NCBI GenBank assembly: GCA_048940445.1
Contig: JBHLON010000027.1
Span: 1-48,858, forward strand
Source: Promethearchaeota archaeon
GTDB lineage: Archaea > Asgardarchaeota > Lokiarchaeia > Sigyniarchaeales > SOKP01
DNA: 48,858 nucleotides
Reading direction: 5' to 3'
Positions within the stretch are counted from its first letter, which is position 1. Every line of letters starts with the position of its first letter. Below, one piece after another: positions 29,978 to 40,320 of this stretch. Both the position numbers and the translations under genes were made by a program. The notes beneath the pieces were generated by a model. It was not told where the DNA came from. It saw only the letters and a program-made list of their open reading frames with translations, and ran no database searches.

Positions 29978-31564
29978 ATGAACAAAATTAATAGAACAAT
30001 TTTATGCATTATTGATGATGTAAGTTCAGAGCAATTTTTTAGTTTAATAAGCAATGGATATCTTCCAAATTTGGAAAGACTAATGAATAATGGAATTTTT
30101 TCAAGGAATTGTATAACTGATTTCCCTGCAATAACTTTTCCAACTCAAGTATCAACCATTACAGGGACATATACAGGAGATTATCGTCATGAATATTGTC
30201 ATGGGGTTCCGATGTATGATTGGATGGACAGAAGTTTCTCACCTCCTATTTTGCGCTCTTATGGAACATATGGTTCTAAAAAGAGAATACAAATATATAA
30301 TATCAATGAAGATATGGGAAATAAGTGTAAGACTTTGATTGAAATGATCAATGAGGGAAACTCGGTAAGCATTCCTCAATTTATTAACAGAGGAACTAAC
30401 TTTTTTATCCCAGAACGGAAGTCAAAACTGATTTTATATTATCTCTTCATTAAATATTATCCCAAAATTAAAGAAATGATAGTTAGAGCGAATACTTTCA
30501 TAATCAAAAAGTTATTAAAAACATTTGAAAATCCAAAAAGGTTTTTTGAGATTAATGAGCCTCCTATTGCCTCACTTTTATGGTTTATGACTTCTGATTT
30601 ATTAATGCATATATTTGGTTATGATTCGTTTCTTTATAAGCTAAATCTTAGACATATTGACAAAGTCATTGGATTTTTAATCAAAAAGCTTGATAACTTA
30701 GGTTATTTGGATGATACCTCAATTGCTATTACTTCTGATCATGGAAATTACAAAACAAATAAAATTGGGAGTTTAAATTATTTTTTTGAAAAAAATGGGC
30801 TGACTCAATTCCATTCTCGTAAAAATTTGAATGGTAATATGGATTTAGCAGAATTTGGTGGGTTAGGCTTTTTTTACTTTAAAGAAAATAATCCATATTC
30901 GAATAAAATTTGGAACTTTCCTAAAATTAAATCACTTAAAGCATATGGTCCAAAGAAGGTGAATTTGTTCCAGGAATTATTTAATATTGAAGGGACTGAA
31001 CTAATGTATTATAGGGACGATGAGAATTCTATAGATAAAGGGAAGATTTTCTTAAAAAGAAAATTTAAGAAAAAAAATAGTACTATTAATGCGTTAATTG
31101 AATATCAAGGAAATGCAAGAAATCTTAAAACAAAATACATTGTTGATGAGAATGGTAATCACGATGTTTTCGGATATATACAGGATGAATATGCTGTAAA
31201 ATTAATGGATAATAGATATCATACCATTGATGAATGGTTGGAAGCTACATATCATTTAGATTTTCCATTATATCCCGATTTATTAGTGAGGCATTTTAAA
31301 AATCCACGAAGTGCTGATATTATTGTAAGTACAGAAGGAAAGATTTCATATAATATAAAACATGGACGAAAAACAAGTAATAATTATTACTTACATGATA
31401 TAGGACTTAGGAAATGCTCTGTTATACCGCTAATAATATCTGGTTCAGATGAAATCCCGCAGAAAGAAGTGCCATATTGTAAAATTACTGATATTGCGCC
31501 CTCTTTACTATATCTCCTTGGTAAGAATCCTCATAAAAGTGTGATAGGGAGAAATTTAATTTAA
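29978..31564 (+). CDS. Alkaline phosphatase superfamily (nucleotide pyrophosphatase/phosphodiesterase-like) protein
   Basis: IIDD, FPAITFP...TITG (Thr nucleophile), D..MH, TSDHG, HD.G motifs. Confidence 0.8.
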   Translation: MNKINRTILCIIDDVSSEQFFSLISNGYLPNLERLMNNGIFSRNCITDFPAITFPTQVSTITGTYTGDYRHEYCHGVPMYDWMDRSFSPPILRSYGTYGSKKRIQIYNINEDMGNKCKTLIEMINEGNSVSIPQFINRGTNFFIPERKSKLILYYLFIKYYPKIKEMIVRANTFIIKKLLKTFENPKRFFEINEPPIASLLWFMTSDLLMHIFGYDSFLYKLNLRHIDKVIGFLIKKLDNLGYLDDTSIAITSDHGNYKTNKIGSLNYFFEKNGLTQFHSRKNLNGNMDLAEFGGLGFFYFKENNPYSNKIWNFPKIKSLKAYGPKKVNLFQELFNIEGTELMYYRDDENSIDKGKIFLKRKFKKKNSTINALIEYQGNARNLKTKYIVDENGNHDVFGYIQDEYAVKLMDNRYHTIDEWLEATYHLDFPLYPDLLVRHFKNPRSADIIVSTEGKISYNIKHGRKTSNNYYLHDIGLRKCSVIPLIISGSDEIPQKEVPYCKITDIAPSLLYLLGKNPHKSVIGRNLI

Positions 31565-31604
31565 TTAATAGATAACTTAAAAAATCTAATATATTGAACC
31601 TAAA

Positions 31605-32534
31605 TTGATAAATGAGATATTAATTACTGGCACTGATGGTTTTATTGGTTCATACTTAAAACAGTTCTTTTTAGAAAATAATTATAAAGTTTTTGGAACG
31701 GTTTTCTTAAAAAAACCTCATGAAAATGAAATAAGACTTGATTTTCGGGAAAAGCAGGAATTTGGAAAATTATCTGACAGACATTTTAAGGTTATCATAC
31801 ATACAGTTGGTATCGTAGATCAAACTGCTTCAAAAAAGCTAATGAATATGGTGAATGCTAGGGGAACTAAATATATTTGTGAATGGGCTTTAAATCATAA
31901 CTGTAAACATTTTATATTCATTAGTTCTGTATCCGCTTATGGATACAGACTATTAGGAGAAAATCGTTTGGAAAAGAACACTAAAAGAACCATGGGGATA
32001 TTTGGTATCCCCTATATGAGGTCAAAAGCAAAAGCAGAACGATATGTGGAAAGGAGTGGTTTGAATTATACTATATTAAGACTTCCTCCTGTTCTAGGGA
32101 AAAATGATACCTACATCTCTCCTTCTATTATCCCGAGAATTCTTAATGGAACTTTTTTTTATTGCGGTAAAAAAGATCATAAATACTCGACACTCTACAT
32201 AAAAAATCTTGGACCAATTCTTAAAGAGATTATTGAAACTCCTCCAAGTTGCGATATCTTTAATTGTACTGATTTTCAAATTACTTGGAGGAATTTAATA
32301 AAAGAGTATGCAAAACATTTAAATGTTGATGTACCTATTCGATATAAAACGCTATTAAGTGTTTTGAGAAAATTTCATGATAAGAAATATTTATTGATGA
32401 TTTCATTTAGTCGCTTTGGGTGTCATTATCCAAATATAAAATTGAAAACCACTTATAACTTTCATCCTTCTTACTCATGGAAAGAAGGTGTCAAAGAAGC
32501 AGTTGATAATTATTTACCAAAGAAGGTAAAATGA
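31605..32534 (+). CDS. NAD-dependent epimerase/dehydratase (extended SDR)
   Basis: ITGTDGFIG, N..GT, ISSVSAYG, YMRSK. Confidence 0.85.
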   Translation: MINEILITGTDGFIGSYLKQFFLENNYKVFGTVFLKKPHENEIRLDFREKQEFGKLSDRHFKVIIHTVGIVDQTASKKLMNMVNARGTKYICEWALNHNCKHFIFISSVSAYGYRLLGENRLEKNTKRTMGIFGIPYMRSKAKAERYVERSGLNYTILRLPPVLGKNDTYISPSIIPRILNGTFFYCGKKDHKYSTLYIKNLGPILKEIIETPPSCDIFNCTDFQITWRNLIKEYAKHLNVDVPIRYKTLLSVLRKFHDKKYLLMISFSRFGCHYPNIKLKTTYNFHPSYSWKEGVKEAVDNYLPKKVK

Positions 32535-32768
32535 TTAGATGAATTTGGACAACCTTTTTATGGAAAGATGGTTTTTAACGCCGTTCACCTAAATTTAGCT
32601 CTCAACATTTAAGAGAATAACTAATATTTAAATTGTCAAAATAATCCGTGACATCGCAATATACTAAAAGTGAATTGTTATAAAGTTATAATTATATTAT
32701 TAATATTATTTTAATGAGCTAGTCTTCAGCAATTAGCTTAAAATTATTATAAGATTGATGCTTTAATT

Positions 32769-33389
32769 ATGGTTCAACTAAATAAGATCATTGAACAACT
32801 AAAAAAGATGCGAAATCTAATTCGTATAACTGTTGTGGGAGATGGAGCTGTAGGGAAAACCACATTAGTTCAAGCAATCCTGAGATTAACTCAAAATTGT
32901 GCCGAAATTCCCCCAGTTACTAATTTTATGGAAACTAAAAAAATTAGGCGTACTCCTTTCATAGAAATAGAATCATGGAATTATAAAGATCTATTAATTC
33001 AATGCTATGATCTAGCAGGACAAAGAAACCCAGGAGCTCATCCTTTAGATATGTTACAAAATCAAGTAATAGCCTCAATAGATATTTTTATCTTTGTTTT
33101 CTCAGTCGATAGATATGAATCTTTTGAAAATCTTAATAATTGGATGACACTGATGCATTTAAATAACCTATCTATAAATAAAAATAAAATGGGATTAATT
33201 CTTGTAGGAAATAAGATAGACTTAGTTAATAATGTATCAAAAGAGCTAATCCAATCGATAGTAGGAGAAAACAGATATTTTCATTCTTATGTAGAAACTA
33301 GTGCTACAAAAGGAGTTGGAATTGAAAATTTACTAGATGAGATAGCACATATTGGAAGGAATATTCTTAATACTTACATCAAGGACTAG
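32769..33389 (+). CDS. Small Ras-superfamily GTPase
   Basis: G1 GDGAVGKTT, G2 T, G3 DLAGQ, G4 NKID, G5 ETSA. Confidence 0.9.
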   Translation: MVQLNKIIEQLKKMRNLIRITVVGDGAVGKTTLVQAILRLTQNCAEIPPVTNFMETKKIRRTPFIEIESWNYKDLLIQCYDLAGQRNPGAHPLDMLQNQVIASIDIFIFVFSVDRYESFENLNNWMTLMHLNNLSINKNKMGLILVGNKIDLVNNVSKELIQSIVGENRYFHSYVETSATKGVGIENLLDEIAHIGRNILNTYIKD

Positions 33390-33430
33390 TTCATAGCTGT
33401 GAGATAACTAATTATAGATGATAAGATCAT

Positions 33431-35650
33431 ATGACCGAAATACATTGTAAGCTTTGTAATGAGAAAATTAGCTTTAATGTTCAAGACAAAGATACTTATT
33501 TACATAAAACTGAATCTGGAAATCCTATGATTGGAAAATTGTTTACTATACGCGTTGGACATCAAACTCGAGGAGGATTATTCCATATTAATGTTGTTGT
33601 TATTGATGAAAAAGGAGAATATCGCGCTCATAAAGATTATTATGAAGAAAAGGAAATAAAACAAAAATCCTTTGATAAATGGGAGAGATTAATACACCAA
33701 ATTCCAATTGAAATTAGGTTTTATTTAACTTTAGCAAATGATAATGAAAAAAGAATCTTATCTTCAATTACAGAACCACAAAATAAATCCGCAAGTGAAT
33801 TATATTATAATTTAGCAAGATTAAAACTTGAAAATCCATTTAGTCAGTTATTAAATTTCTTGGCTGTGAAATGGGGTTTTATAATTGGAAAAGGTAAATC
33901 CCTTTTACAAGAGGATTACAATTCAAATTCTTGGAGTTATCCAATATATTTACGTTTACAAGCAAGGTTTTCTCCTAAACCTGAACTTGTTGAGGCTATA
34001 AAAAGTTTAGATCTTAGCTCAGCTCCAGCCCTAATGCAATTAGAGGGTGCAATAGCCAAAACTGAGGTGTATCTTCGTTTAAGTGAATATAATTTATTAG
34101 AAGAGTTATATAATGAATCCTTAGAGAAATGGGGGAATGTTACTTCTATTGAAATGAAAACAGGTTGGATGTTAATACAAGGGTATTATGGTTTTAGCTT
34201 TTATTTTTTAGGAAATATCAATAAAGCAATAAAGTTAATAGAACCTGTCTTTAATTTTGGACAAATCATTGAGAATCGCGAAATAATTAATGTTGTTGGA
34301 AATTTTTATGCTGCAGTACTTCAATCCAGTGGAGATTTAGAAAAGACTTTGCAAACTTACAATATTGTTTTAAATGTAAGTGAGGATATGGGAGATGAGA
34401 GAACAAAAGCAGTAATTTCATCAAATATGTCTGTTGTTGAATCAAAACAAGGATTATATGATAAAGCTTTAGATCGTCAAAGAGCTATTTTAGAATTACC
34501 TATTGTCAAAGATGAATACTTCCTAAAAATGTCTCTCCAGAGTATCATAGCTGAAACTCTTTTTATCGCTGAGAAATACGATAAATCTATCGAATTGTGC
34601 AAAACTTTGATTCTTGATAAACATATGCCAACTAATTATAAGATTGATACACTTTCAACTCTGAAAAAAATAGCAGGTAAGACGAATTCTCCTGAATTAT
34701 TAGAATTTGTCAAAAATCACTTAATAGATGATAGAGAATTTGTAGAATCTCCAGTAAATCAAATTTTTAATTATGATTTACAGGCTATTAGTGCTAAGAT
34801 AGAGGAACATTGGGAAGATTTAGTTGAATACTTGAAAAAACAACGCGAAGTTATGTTTAATAACAATTTAATAGAAGATGCTAGTGATATTGAAATTAGA
34901 CTTGCTGAAGGTTATTTTAAATTATACCAGCAATTTGAAAAACTCGAAGATCTGAATCATGCATATAGTCATTTAGATCTTGCTAAAATGATTGCTTTAG
35001 AACGTCAAAACTATTTAGACTTATGTAGATTAGAGATTCTGAAAGGCTTACTTGCGAGTGAAAGTAAAGTAACTGAACAAGCAGAATTGAATCTTAAAAA
35101 TGCGCTAAAAATTGCTCGTGAGCATAATTTACAAAATTTAGAGACTCAAATTATTGAACATCTTGATCAATTAGAAAAAGGAATAATAGAAAAATCAGCA
35201 AGTTCATTTCTACGAAAATTATTTAATAGATTGTCGTTCAGGAAAGCTGAAGAAATAAAACCTAAACAGAAGGGATTAGTGTATTCAATAAGTATTACAA
35301 ATAAAGATTCAACCTGGAAATTGGTATTACAAAATGAAAAAGTAGGAGCTTCTGAATATACTTATTATTTATTAGGTTTCCGTGATTTATGGGAAGAATT
35401 AAGAAGGAGTAATTTTAAACAGCAATTCAATTATTTTAATGTAGATAAAGGAGCGGTGTTAATTGAGGATTCTCCCAATTTTCATTTAATCGCTTTATGC
35501 GACCAGTTAGATTACTTAACAAGATTAACAATTCAAAATATTTTACCATCATTAGAAGAATTTTCTTTTAAATATATTCCTGATGAGTTATCTGAAAAAG
35601 TGCTGGAGCTTCTCAATGATAATATCACAAGATTCATTAAAGTTGAATAA
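33431..35650 (+). CDS. TPR-repeat protein with N-terminal CxxC/His domain and C-terminal longin-like domain
   Basis: CKLC...H...H..V.ID..G; TPR-like helical repeats in the middle; C-terminal beta-beta-alpha-beta-beta-beta-alpha pattern (inferred). Confidence 0.65.
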   Translation: MTEIHCKLCNEKISFNVQDKDTYLHKTESGNPMIGKLFTIRVGHQTRGGLFHINVVVIDEKGEYRAHKDYYEEKEIKQKSFDKWERLIHQIPIEIRFYLTLANDNEKRILSSITEPQNKSASELYYNLARLKLENPFSQLLNFLAVKWGFIIGKGKSLLQEDYNSNSWSYPIYLRLQARFSPKPELVEAIKSLDLSSAPALMQLEGAIAKTEVYLRLSEYNLLEELYNESLEKWGNVTSIEMKTGWMLIQGYYGFSFYFLGNINKAIKLIEPVFNFGQIIENREIINVVGNFYAAVLQSSGDLEKTLQTYNIVLNVSEDMGDERTKAVISSNMSVVESKQGLYDKALDRQRAILELPIVKDEYFLKMSLQSIIAETLFIAEKYDKSIELCKTLILDKHMPTNYKIDTLSTLKKIAGKTNSPELLEFVKNHLIDDREFVESPVNQIFNYDLQAISAKIEEHWEDLVEYLKKQREVMFNNNLIEDASDIEIRLAEGYFKLYQQFEKLEDLNHAYSHLDLAKMIALERQNYLDLCRLEILKGLLASESKVTEQAELNLKNALKIAREHNLQNLETQIIEHLDQLEKGIIEKSASSFLRKLFNRLSFRKAEEIKPKQKGLVYSISITNKDSTWKLVLQNEKVGASEYTYYLLGFRDLWEELRRSNFKQQFNYFNVDKGAVLIEDSPNFHLIALCDQLDYLTRLTIQNILPSLEEFSFKYIPDELSEKVLELLNDNITRFIKVE

Positions 35651-35688
35651 ATTATATAATCAATTAATAGGTCAAAAATTGGTTATTA

Positions 35689-36708
35689 ATGATCGAACCT
35701 AAAATTGCAGCATCAAATGCTCTCGAATATGTTTTAGAAGCTAAACCCGGAGAATCAATACTTATAATTTCTGATGATGTAAAAAAAGAAGTAGGGCAAA
35801 CTTTTGCCGAAGGTGCAATTGAATTAGGATTATGGACCCGTCTAGTTATTCTTAGTACAGAATCAGATGTATTCAGAGACAGAATTCCAAGTAATTTATT
35901 AGAAATGTTGAATTCGCCTTCTAAACCGGATATCTTTATTAACACACTTAGAGATGCTGCTAAAGAGACTCCCTTCCGAATTAAAATAATTCAATTACAA
36001 ACTCGAAAGCACCTCTCTCGATTAGGACACTGTCCAGGTATTACAATGGATATGTTATCAAGGGGAGCTTTATCATTAACTAGAGAAGAGTATGATAAGA
36101 TGCAAAGTGAGGCTCGAAATCTATTAAGTTTGTTACAAGATGTTGATAGAGTCATTGTAAAGGCACCATCCGGTTCCGAATTTGAATTACAGGTTCAAGG
36201 TCGTACTTGGTTCAGTGATACTTTTTTAAATTGGAAGGAAATGAAATGGATGAATTTACCTACCGGTGAGGTTCTTGTAGGTCCTATTGAGACATCCATG
36301 AAAGGAACATTAGTTTGCGATTTAGCTATTGGAGGTATTGGCCCTATTAAAAAGAAAGTCACTTTAGTGGTTAAAGATGGTCGCGTAGAGAAAATTGAAT
36401 GCGATGATAATGAAATTCTAAAGGTTGTTAGAGAAACTCAAGCTACTGATGAAATGGCAAGACAAGTGGGAGAATTTGCTTTTGGACTCAACCCAAAAGC
36501 TAGATTAGTAAAACAATTTCTTGAATCAGAAAAAGTGGGAAATACAGTACATGTTGCTTTTGGAAACAATATGGATTATCCTGGTATTGTAGCGAATAAT
36601 TCGGCAAACCATCAAGATTTTCTAATTGATAAACCAACGGTAGACATAATTTACTCAAATGGAGGTTCTCGAAGAGTAATGGAAAAAGGTAAGTTGCTTT
36701 TAAAATAA
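35689..36708 (+). CDS. M29-type (thermophilic) aminopeptidase
   Basis: NLPTGEV...P, GEFAFGLNP.A, ESEK..TVHVAFG.N, NHQD. Confidence 0.85.
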   Translation: MIEPKIAASNALEYVLEAKPGESILIISDDVKKEVGQTFAEGAIELGLWTRLVILSTESDVFRDRIPSNLLEMLNSPSKPDIFINTLRDAAKETPFRIKIIQLQTRKHLSRLGHCPGITMDMLSRGALSLTREEYDKMQSEARNLLSLLQDVDRVIVKAPSGSEFELQVQGRTWFSDTFLNWKEMKWMNLPTGEVLVGPIETSMKGTLVCDLAIGGIGPIKKKVTLVVKDGRVEKIECDDNEILKVVRETQATDEMARQVGEFAFGLNPKARLVKQFLESEKVGNTVHVAFGNNMDYPGIVANNSANHQDFLIDKPTVDIIYSNGGSRRVMEKGKLLLK

Positions 36709-36724
36709 TTTATATATTTATTTT

Positions 36725-37150
36725 TTACAAAGGTTCCCTTACTAAATAATAAGTTTTTTCAGAATTGCATTTTGGACAAATCACTTTTTTAGTCTTCGAA
36801 GCTGTCTCATCTCTCCATTCTTCATTACAATTTAGGCATCCATATCCAATAAAACCTTTTTTAACATCAACATTGCCACCATAAACAACAATGAATTTTC
36901 CCTCCATTAAGGCTTTTGTTACCTTTTGATGAGCAACTTCCAATATTCTAGAAAAAGTCGGTTGAGATACACCCATCTTTTCAGCAGCATCTTTTTGATT
37001 TAGATTGATATAGTGCTTGAGTCGTAAAGCCTCAAATTCTGCCATATTTATAACTACATGGTTCTCAGAAGATAGATCCTTTCTCATACTATGAAAATAT
37101 TGATTATCAGGAGGAGCCTTTATCATTCTCATCCTTGTTCGGCGACCCAT
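36725..37150 (-). CDS. DUF134 (UPF0251) HTH protein with C-terminal zinc ribbon
   Basis: EFEALRL...LNQ..AA.KMGVSQPTFSRIL..AH.KV..AL.EG; CLNC...CPKC. Confidence 0.85.
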   Translation of the reverse strand: MGRRTRMRMIKAPPDNQYFHSMRKDLSSENHVVINMAEFEALRLKHYINLNQKDAAEKMGVSQPTFSRILEVAHQKVTKALMEGKFIVVYGGNVDVKKGFIGYGCLNCNEEWRDETASKTKKVICPKCNSEKTYYLVREPL

Positions 37151-37519
37151 TTTACACCAAATATAAGCTTACAATCTGTTTATAAATACATATTCAAAAT
37201 CTTATAATTATATATTAAAATTATTAATTTTAATCATTTGGTTATAGTTTAAAATTTTATTATAAATGACTTTTTAGTTAGTAGTAAAAAATCAAAGTGA
37301 ATATTAAAGAATCAGTTTTTTAAGTTGTTCATAGATTCCTTTTTTATTAATTAATAATATTAAAAATTATATCAACTAAGAAATTAATTAAATATCAATA
37401 TTGTAAAAAAACATCTAAATAGGTGTATTGAAGTTAGATATATCGAGTATCAAATAATAATTGGAGATGCTCCACCAAAATTAATAATTGAGGATATTAG
37501 AAAAATTGCTACTCCCGAA

Positions 37520-38524
37520 TTGAATGAATTAATTGAAGAACAAGCTGAGGATATTGACAAAGAAGCAAAATTATTTCCTAAGGGACTTATTCACCACCTC
37601 TCAACAGAAATGTTTGTTTGGAATTTTTCTTTGGTATATAAAGCACGCACTTTTGATGTGATAAAATGGAAAACTGCTTTTTCTTGGAAAGATGTTGCTG
37701 GTGGAAATGGAAAGAAATTTCAAGAAATTGAAAAAGGATTGTTTATTGGAGTAGTTGCTGGAGTATTCTTTTTTTTAATAGATGAAAATATCGATAGGAA
37801 TTATATTCAACTCGCTGAAATGATAGATGTTTTCATTCAAAAAACCAACCAAGAAGCCCCGTTTTTAGTCTATGGTCTTTTAGAAAATCAACAAGGCCTA
37901 ACTGATCTAAAAACTAATTCAGAAATGTTAAAAAATCTAGCAGATATTAAATCTTTGGTTTCTAAATATGGCGGAGAGTTTAAGATTGACAATTTAAAGG
38001 AAGTGAAAGTGAATTTACCTCAATTAATCAGAGAATATTCTTACTATATTTTAATGAATCTTAAATCCTCTTCCAGTAATTATTCAAACTTAAAATTCAA
38101 TCAATTTTATTTCTTAGATTATGAAGATATAGCAGCATTGAGAGAGATTGAATTATCCCTAACTGATCAATTGAAAATTGGTCAGACTGTTGATGAATTA
38201 TTATCTGAATTGTTTTTCAAGTATTTAAAAAAATATCAAAACAACATAATTATAACTTCAGAATTACCTAAACCTGAGAAAGTTCAAAAACCATTTACAG
38301 AAAAATCTGAAGTTATTAAGATAATCATTGAAGAAATAAAAAAGGGTATTAGAAGACAATGCCCAAAATGTCTGAATAATGATAGAAATAAAATAAGAGA
38401 AGTAATTGACCGTGAGAATATCATAATGGAGAATCCTAACATTTATGGTTTTAAGTATATTTGCGGGTTGTGCGGTTATGAGTTTACGAAAAAGGATATG
38501 ATTAGAAAAGTTGAAAAAGAATAA
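37520..38524 (+). CDS. Degenerate small-GTPase-like domain + C-terminal Cys4 zinc finger; true start probably upstream
   Basis: WKDVAG..KF.EI...F.G..AGVFFF...APFLVYG pattern; RRQCPKC...YICGLCG; frame is open upstream to 37388. Confidence 0.55.
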   Translation: MNELIEEQAEDIDKEAKLFPKGLIHHLSTEMFVWNFSLVYKARTFDVIKWKTAFSWKDVAGGNGKKFQEIEKGLFIGVVAGVFFFLIDENIDRNYIQLAEMIDVFIQKTNQEAPFLVYGLLENQQGLTDLKTNSEMLKNLADIKSLVSKYGGEFKIDNLKEVKVNLPQLIREYSYYILMNLKSSSSNYSNLKFNQFYFLDYEDIAALREIELSLTDQLKIGQTVDELLSELFFKYLKKYQNNIIITSELPKPEKVQKPFTEKSEVIKIIIEEIKKGIRRQCPKCLNNDRNKIREVIDRENIIMENPNIYGFKYICGLCGYEFTKKDMIRKVEKE

Positions 38525-38536
38525 TAAATTTTCAGG

Positions 38537-39721
38537 GTGTACAACATTCAAGTAAAATACGCAAATCGGTTAGAAAGTTTACCTAAATATGTATTTGCTG
38601 CCATTGAAGAATTAAAGGAACAAAAAAGAAGAGAAGGTATGGATTTAATATCTCTTGGGATAGGAGATCCAGATTTACCCACTCCAGAATTGATTATTAG
38701 AGAATTAATTCAACAAGTAAAAATACCTAAAAATCAGAATTATCCTTCAAGTATGGGTGAAAGTGATTTCAGAGAAGCGATTGCAAGATGGAATAAAGTG
38801 AGATATTCCATAAATATAGATCCGGCAACGGAAGTATCTCATGTATTGGGTGGTAAGGAAGGAGTGGCAAATATCGCTAGAGCTTTTATCAATCCAGGTG
38901 ATTTAGTACTGTGTCCAAATCCGGGATATCCTGTTTATGAAAATGGAGCAACTAAATTATGTGATGGAAAACCATATTTACTCCCTTTAAATAAAGAAAA
39001 TAATTTCTTACCTAATATTGATATGGTTGATACCGAAATCCTTAAAAAAGCTAAAATGATGTATTTAAATTATCCTAACAATCCCACTGGTGCAGTTGCT
39101 CCCATGGAATTCCTAAGAAAAATGGTGGATTATGCAGAAGATTATAGTTTTATTATAATTTATGATAACCCATATTCTGAATTCACATTTAATGATTATA
39201 TAGCACCATCTATTTTACAACTCAGTTTAGATCATGTAGAAATCAATAGTGCTTCTAAAATGTTCAATATGACAGGTTTTCGATGCGGTTGGATTGCAGG
39301 TAATGCTGATATAATTGAAGGTCTTAGAAAGGTGAAGTCTCAAATAGATTCAGGAGGACCAATTTTTATTCAAAAAGCAGTAGTCAAAGGTCTTAATCAA
39401 TATTATTCGAATAAAAAACCCGAAATAGTCGCAAATATCATGAATGAATATGAAAAAAGGCGAGATTTTCTAGTGAATGGTCTTAATAGTATGGGATGGA
39501 AAACAGATAAACCAAAAGCGACATTCTATGTATGGACTCAGATTCCTAAAGAGGAAGGGAATAGTATGGAATTTGTAAAGAAGTTAATCAATGTAGGAGT
39601 AATTATCACTCCTGGTATTGGATTTGGAAAATATGGAGAGGGATTTGTTAGATTTGCATTAACCCAACCTCTTGAAAAAATAAAAGAAGCCTTAAAAAGA
39701 ATAGAAAAAGTAATAAAATAA
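38537..39721 (+). CDS. dapL: Class I/II PLP aminotransferase, LL-diaminopimelate aminotransferase-like
   Basis: ISLGIGDPDLPTP, GGKEG, P.PGYPVY, NYPNNPTG, D.PY, SASKMFNMTGFRCG, PG.GFG..GEGFVRFAL. Confidence 0.75.
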   Translation: MYNIQVKYANRLESLPKYVFAAIEELKEQKRREGMDLISLGIGDPDLPTPELIIRELIQQVKIPKNQNYPSSMGESDFREAIARWNKVRYSINIDPATEVSHVLGGKEGVANIARAFINPGDLVLCPNPGYPVYENGATKLCDGKPYLLPLNKENNFLPNIDMVDTEILKKAKMMYLNYPNNPTGAVAPMEFLRKMVDYAEDYSFIIIYDNPYSEFTFNDYIAPSILQLSLDHVEINSASKMFNMTGFRCGWIAGNADIIEGLRKVKSQIDSGGPIFIQKAVVKGLNQYYSNKKPEIVANIMNEYEKRRDFLVNGLNSMGWKTDKPKATFYVWTQIPKEEGNSMEFVKKLINVGVIITPGIGFGKYGEGFVRFALTQPLEKIKEALKRIEKVIK

Positions 39722-39736
39722 AAATAAAAAGATATA

Positions 39737-39931
39737 TTATTTCTTTTTTGAATATTTATTTCTAAGATATCCTAATCTTCTTTGATCTTCATTTTCTAGC
39801 TTCCCTTCTGAAGAATCAAAATAGTCTAACGAAATCATTACGGGAGCTCTGTCAGAATCCCAATTTTTATAATAATCTAAGATAATTTTAGGATCTCGAT
39901 TCTCTGCCATCTTCTTTTGCGTATTTTTCAC
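39737..39931 (-). CDS. Small hypothetical protein (start uncertain)
   Basis: 64-aa ORF; strong AGGAGGTGA SD overlaps the called GTG, so the real start is probably downstream. Confidence 0.55.
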   Translation of the reverse strand: MKNTQKKMAENRDPKIILDYYKNWDSDRAPVMISLDYFDSSEGKLENEDQRRLGYLRNKYSKKK

Positions 39932-40068
39932 CTCCTTTTAAGTTTTTTTATTATGCAGAGAGATTAACCCTTATCTAACCTATTTCTTAGTATGTTGTAA
40001 AATTATGTTAAGAGAATAAATCCCAAAGATTATAAGAAAAAGGTCAGAAGAAGGATTTATTCTCTCTT

Positions 40069-40130
40069 CATAACACTACAACTGGGATAAAGGCTCTCTT
40101 ATAGCCTTCCCATGAGATTGTAGTATTATG
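40069..40130. other. Long intergenic stem-loop containing a bulge-helix-bulge-like motif
   Basis: CATAACACTACAA/TTGTAGTATTATG outer stem; CT/AG, GGGA/TCCC, AGGCT/AGCCT inner helices. Confidence 0.55.
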
Positions 40131-40320
40131 TTGTGAAAATATCATTTTTCTTATGATTGATGTTAATTATTATAAAATACAGTAAACTTATAAATTTACC
40201 CATTTCTTTCCCATTTGTCATATTATTATAACATATCATAAGAAAGTTTCATAAAGATTGTACTCTTTAAGAATTCTTTAAATAAAGTAATTATTTTATA
40301 ATATAATACTCCTTGAAGGA

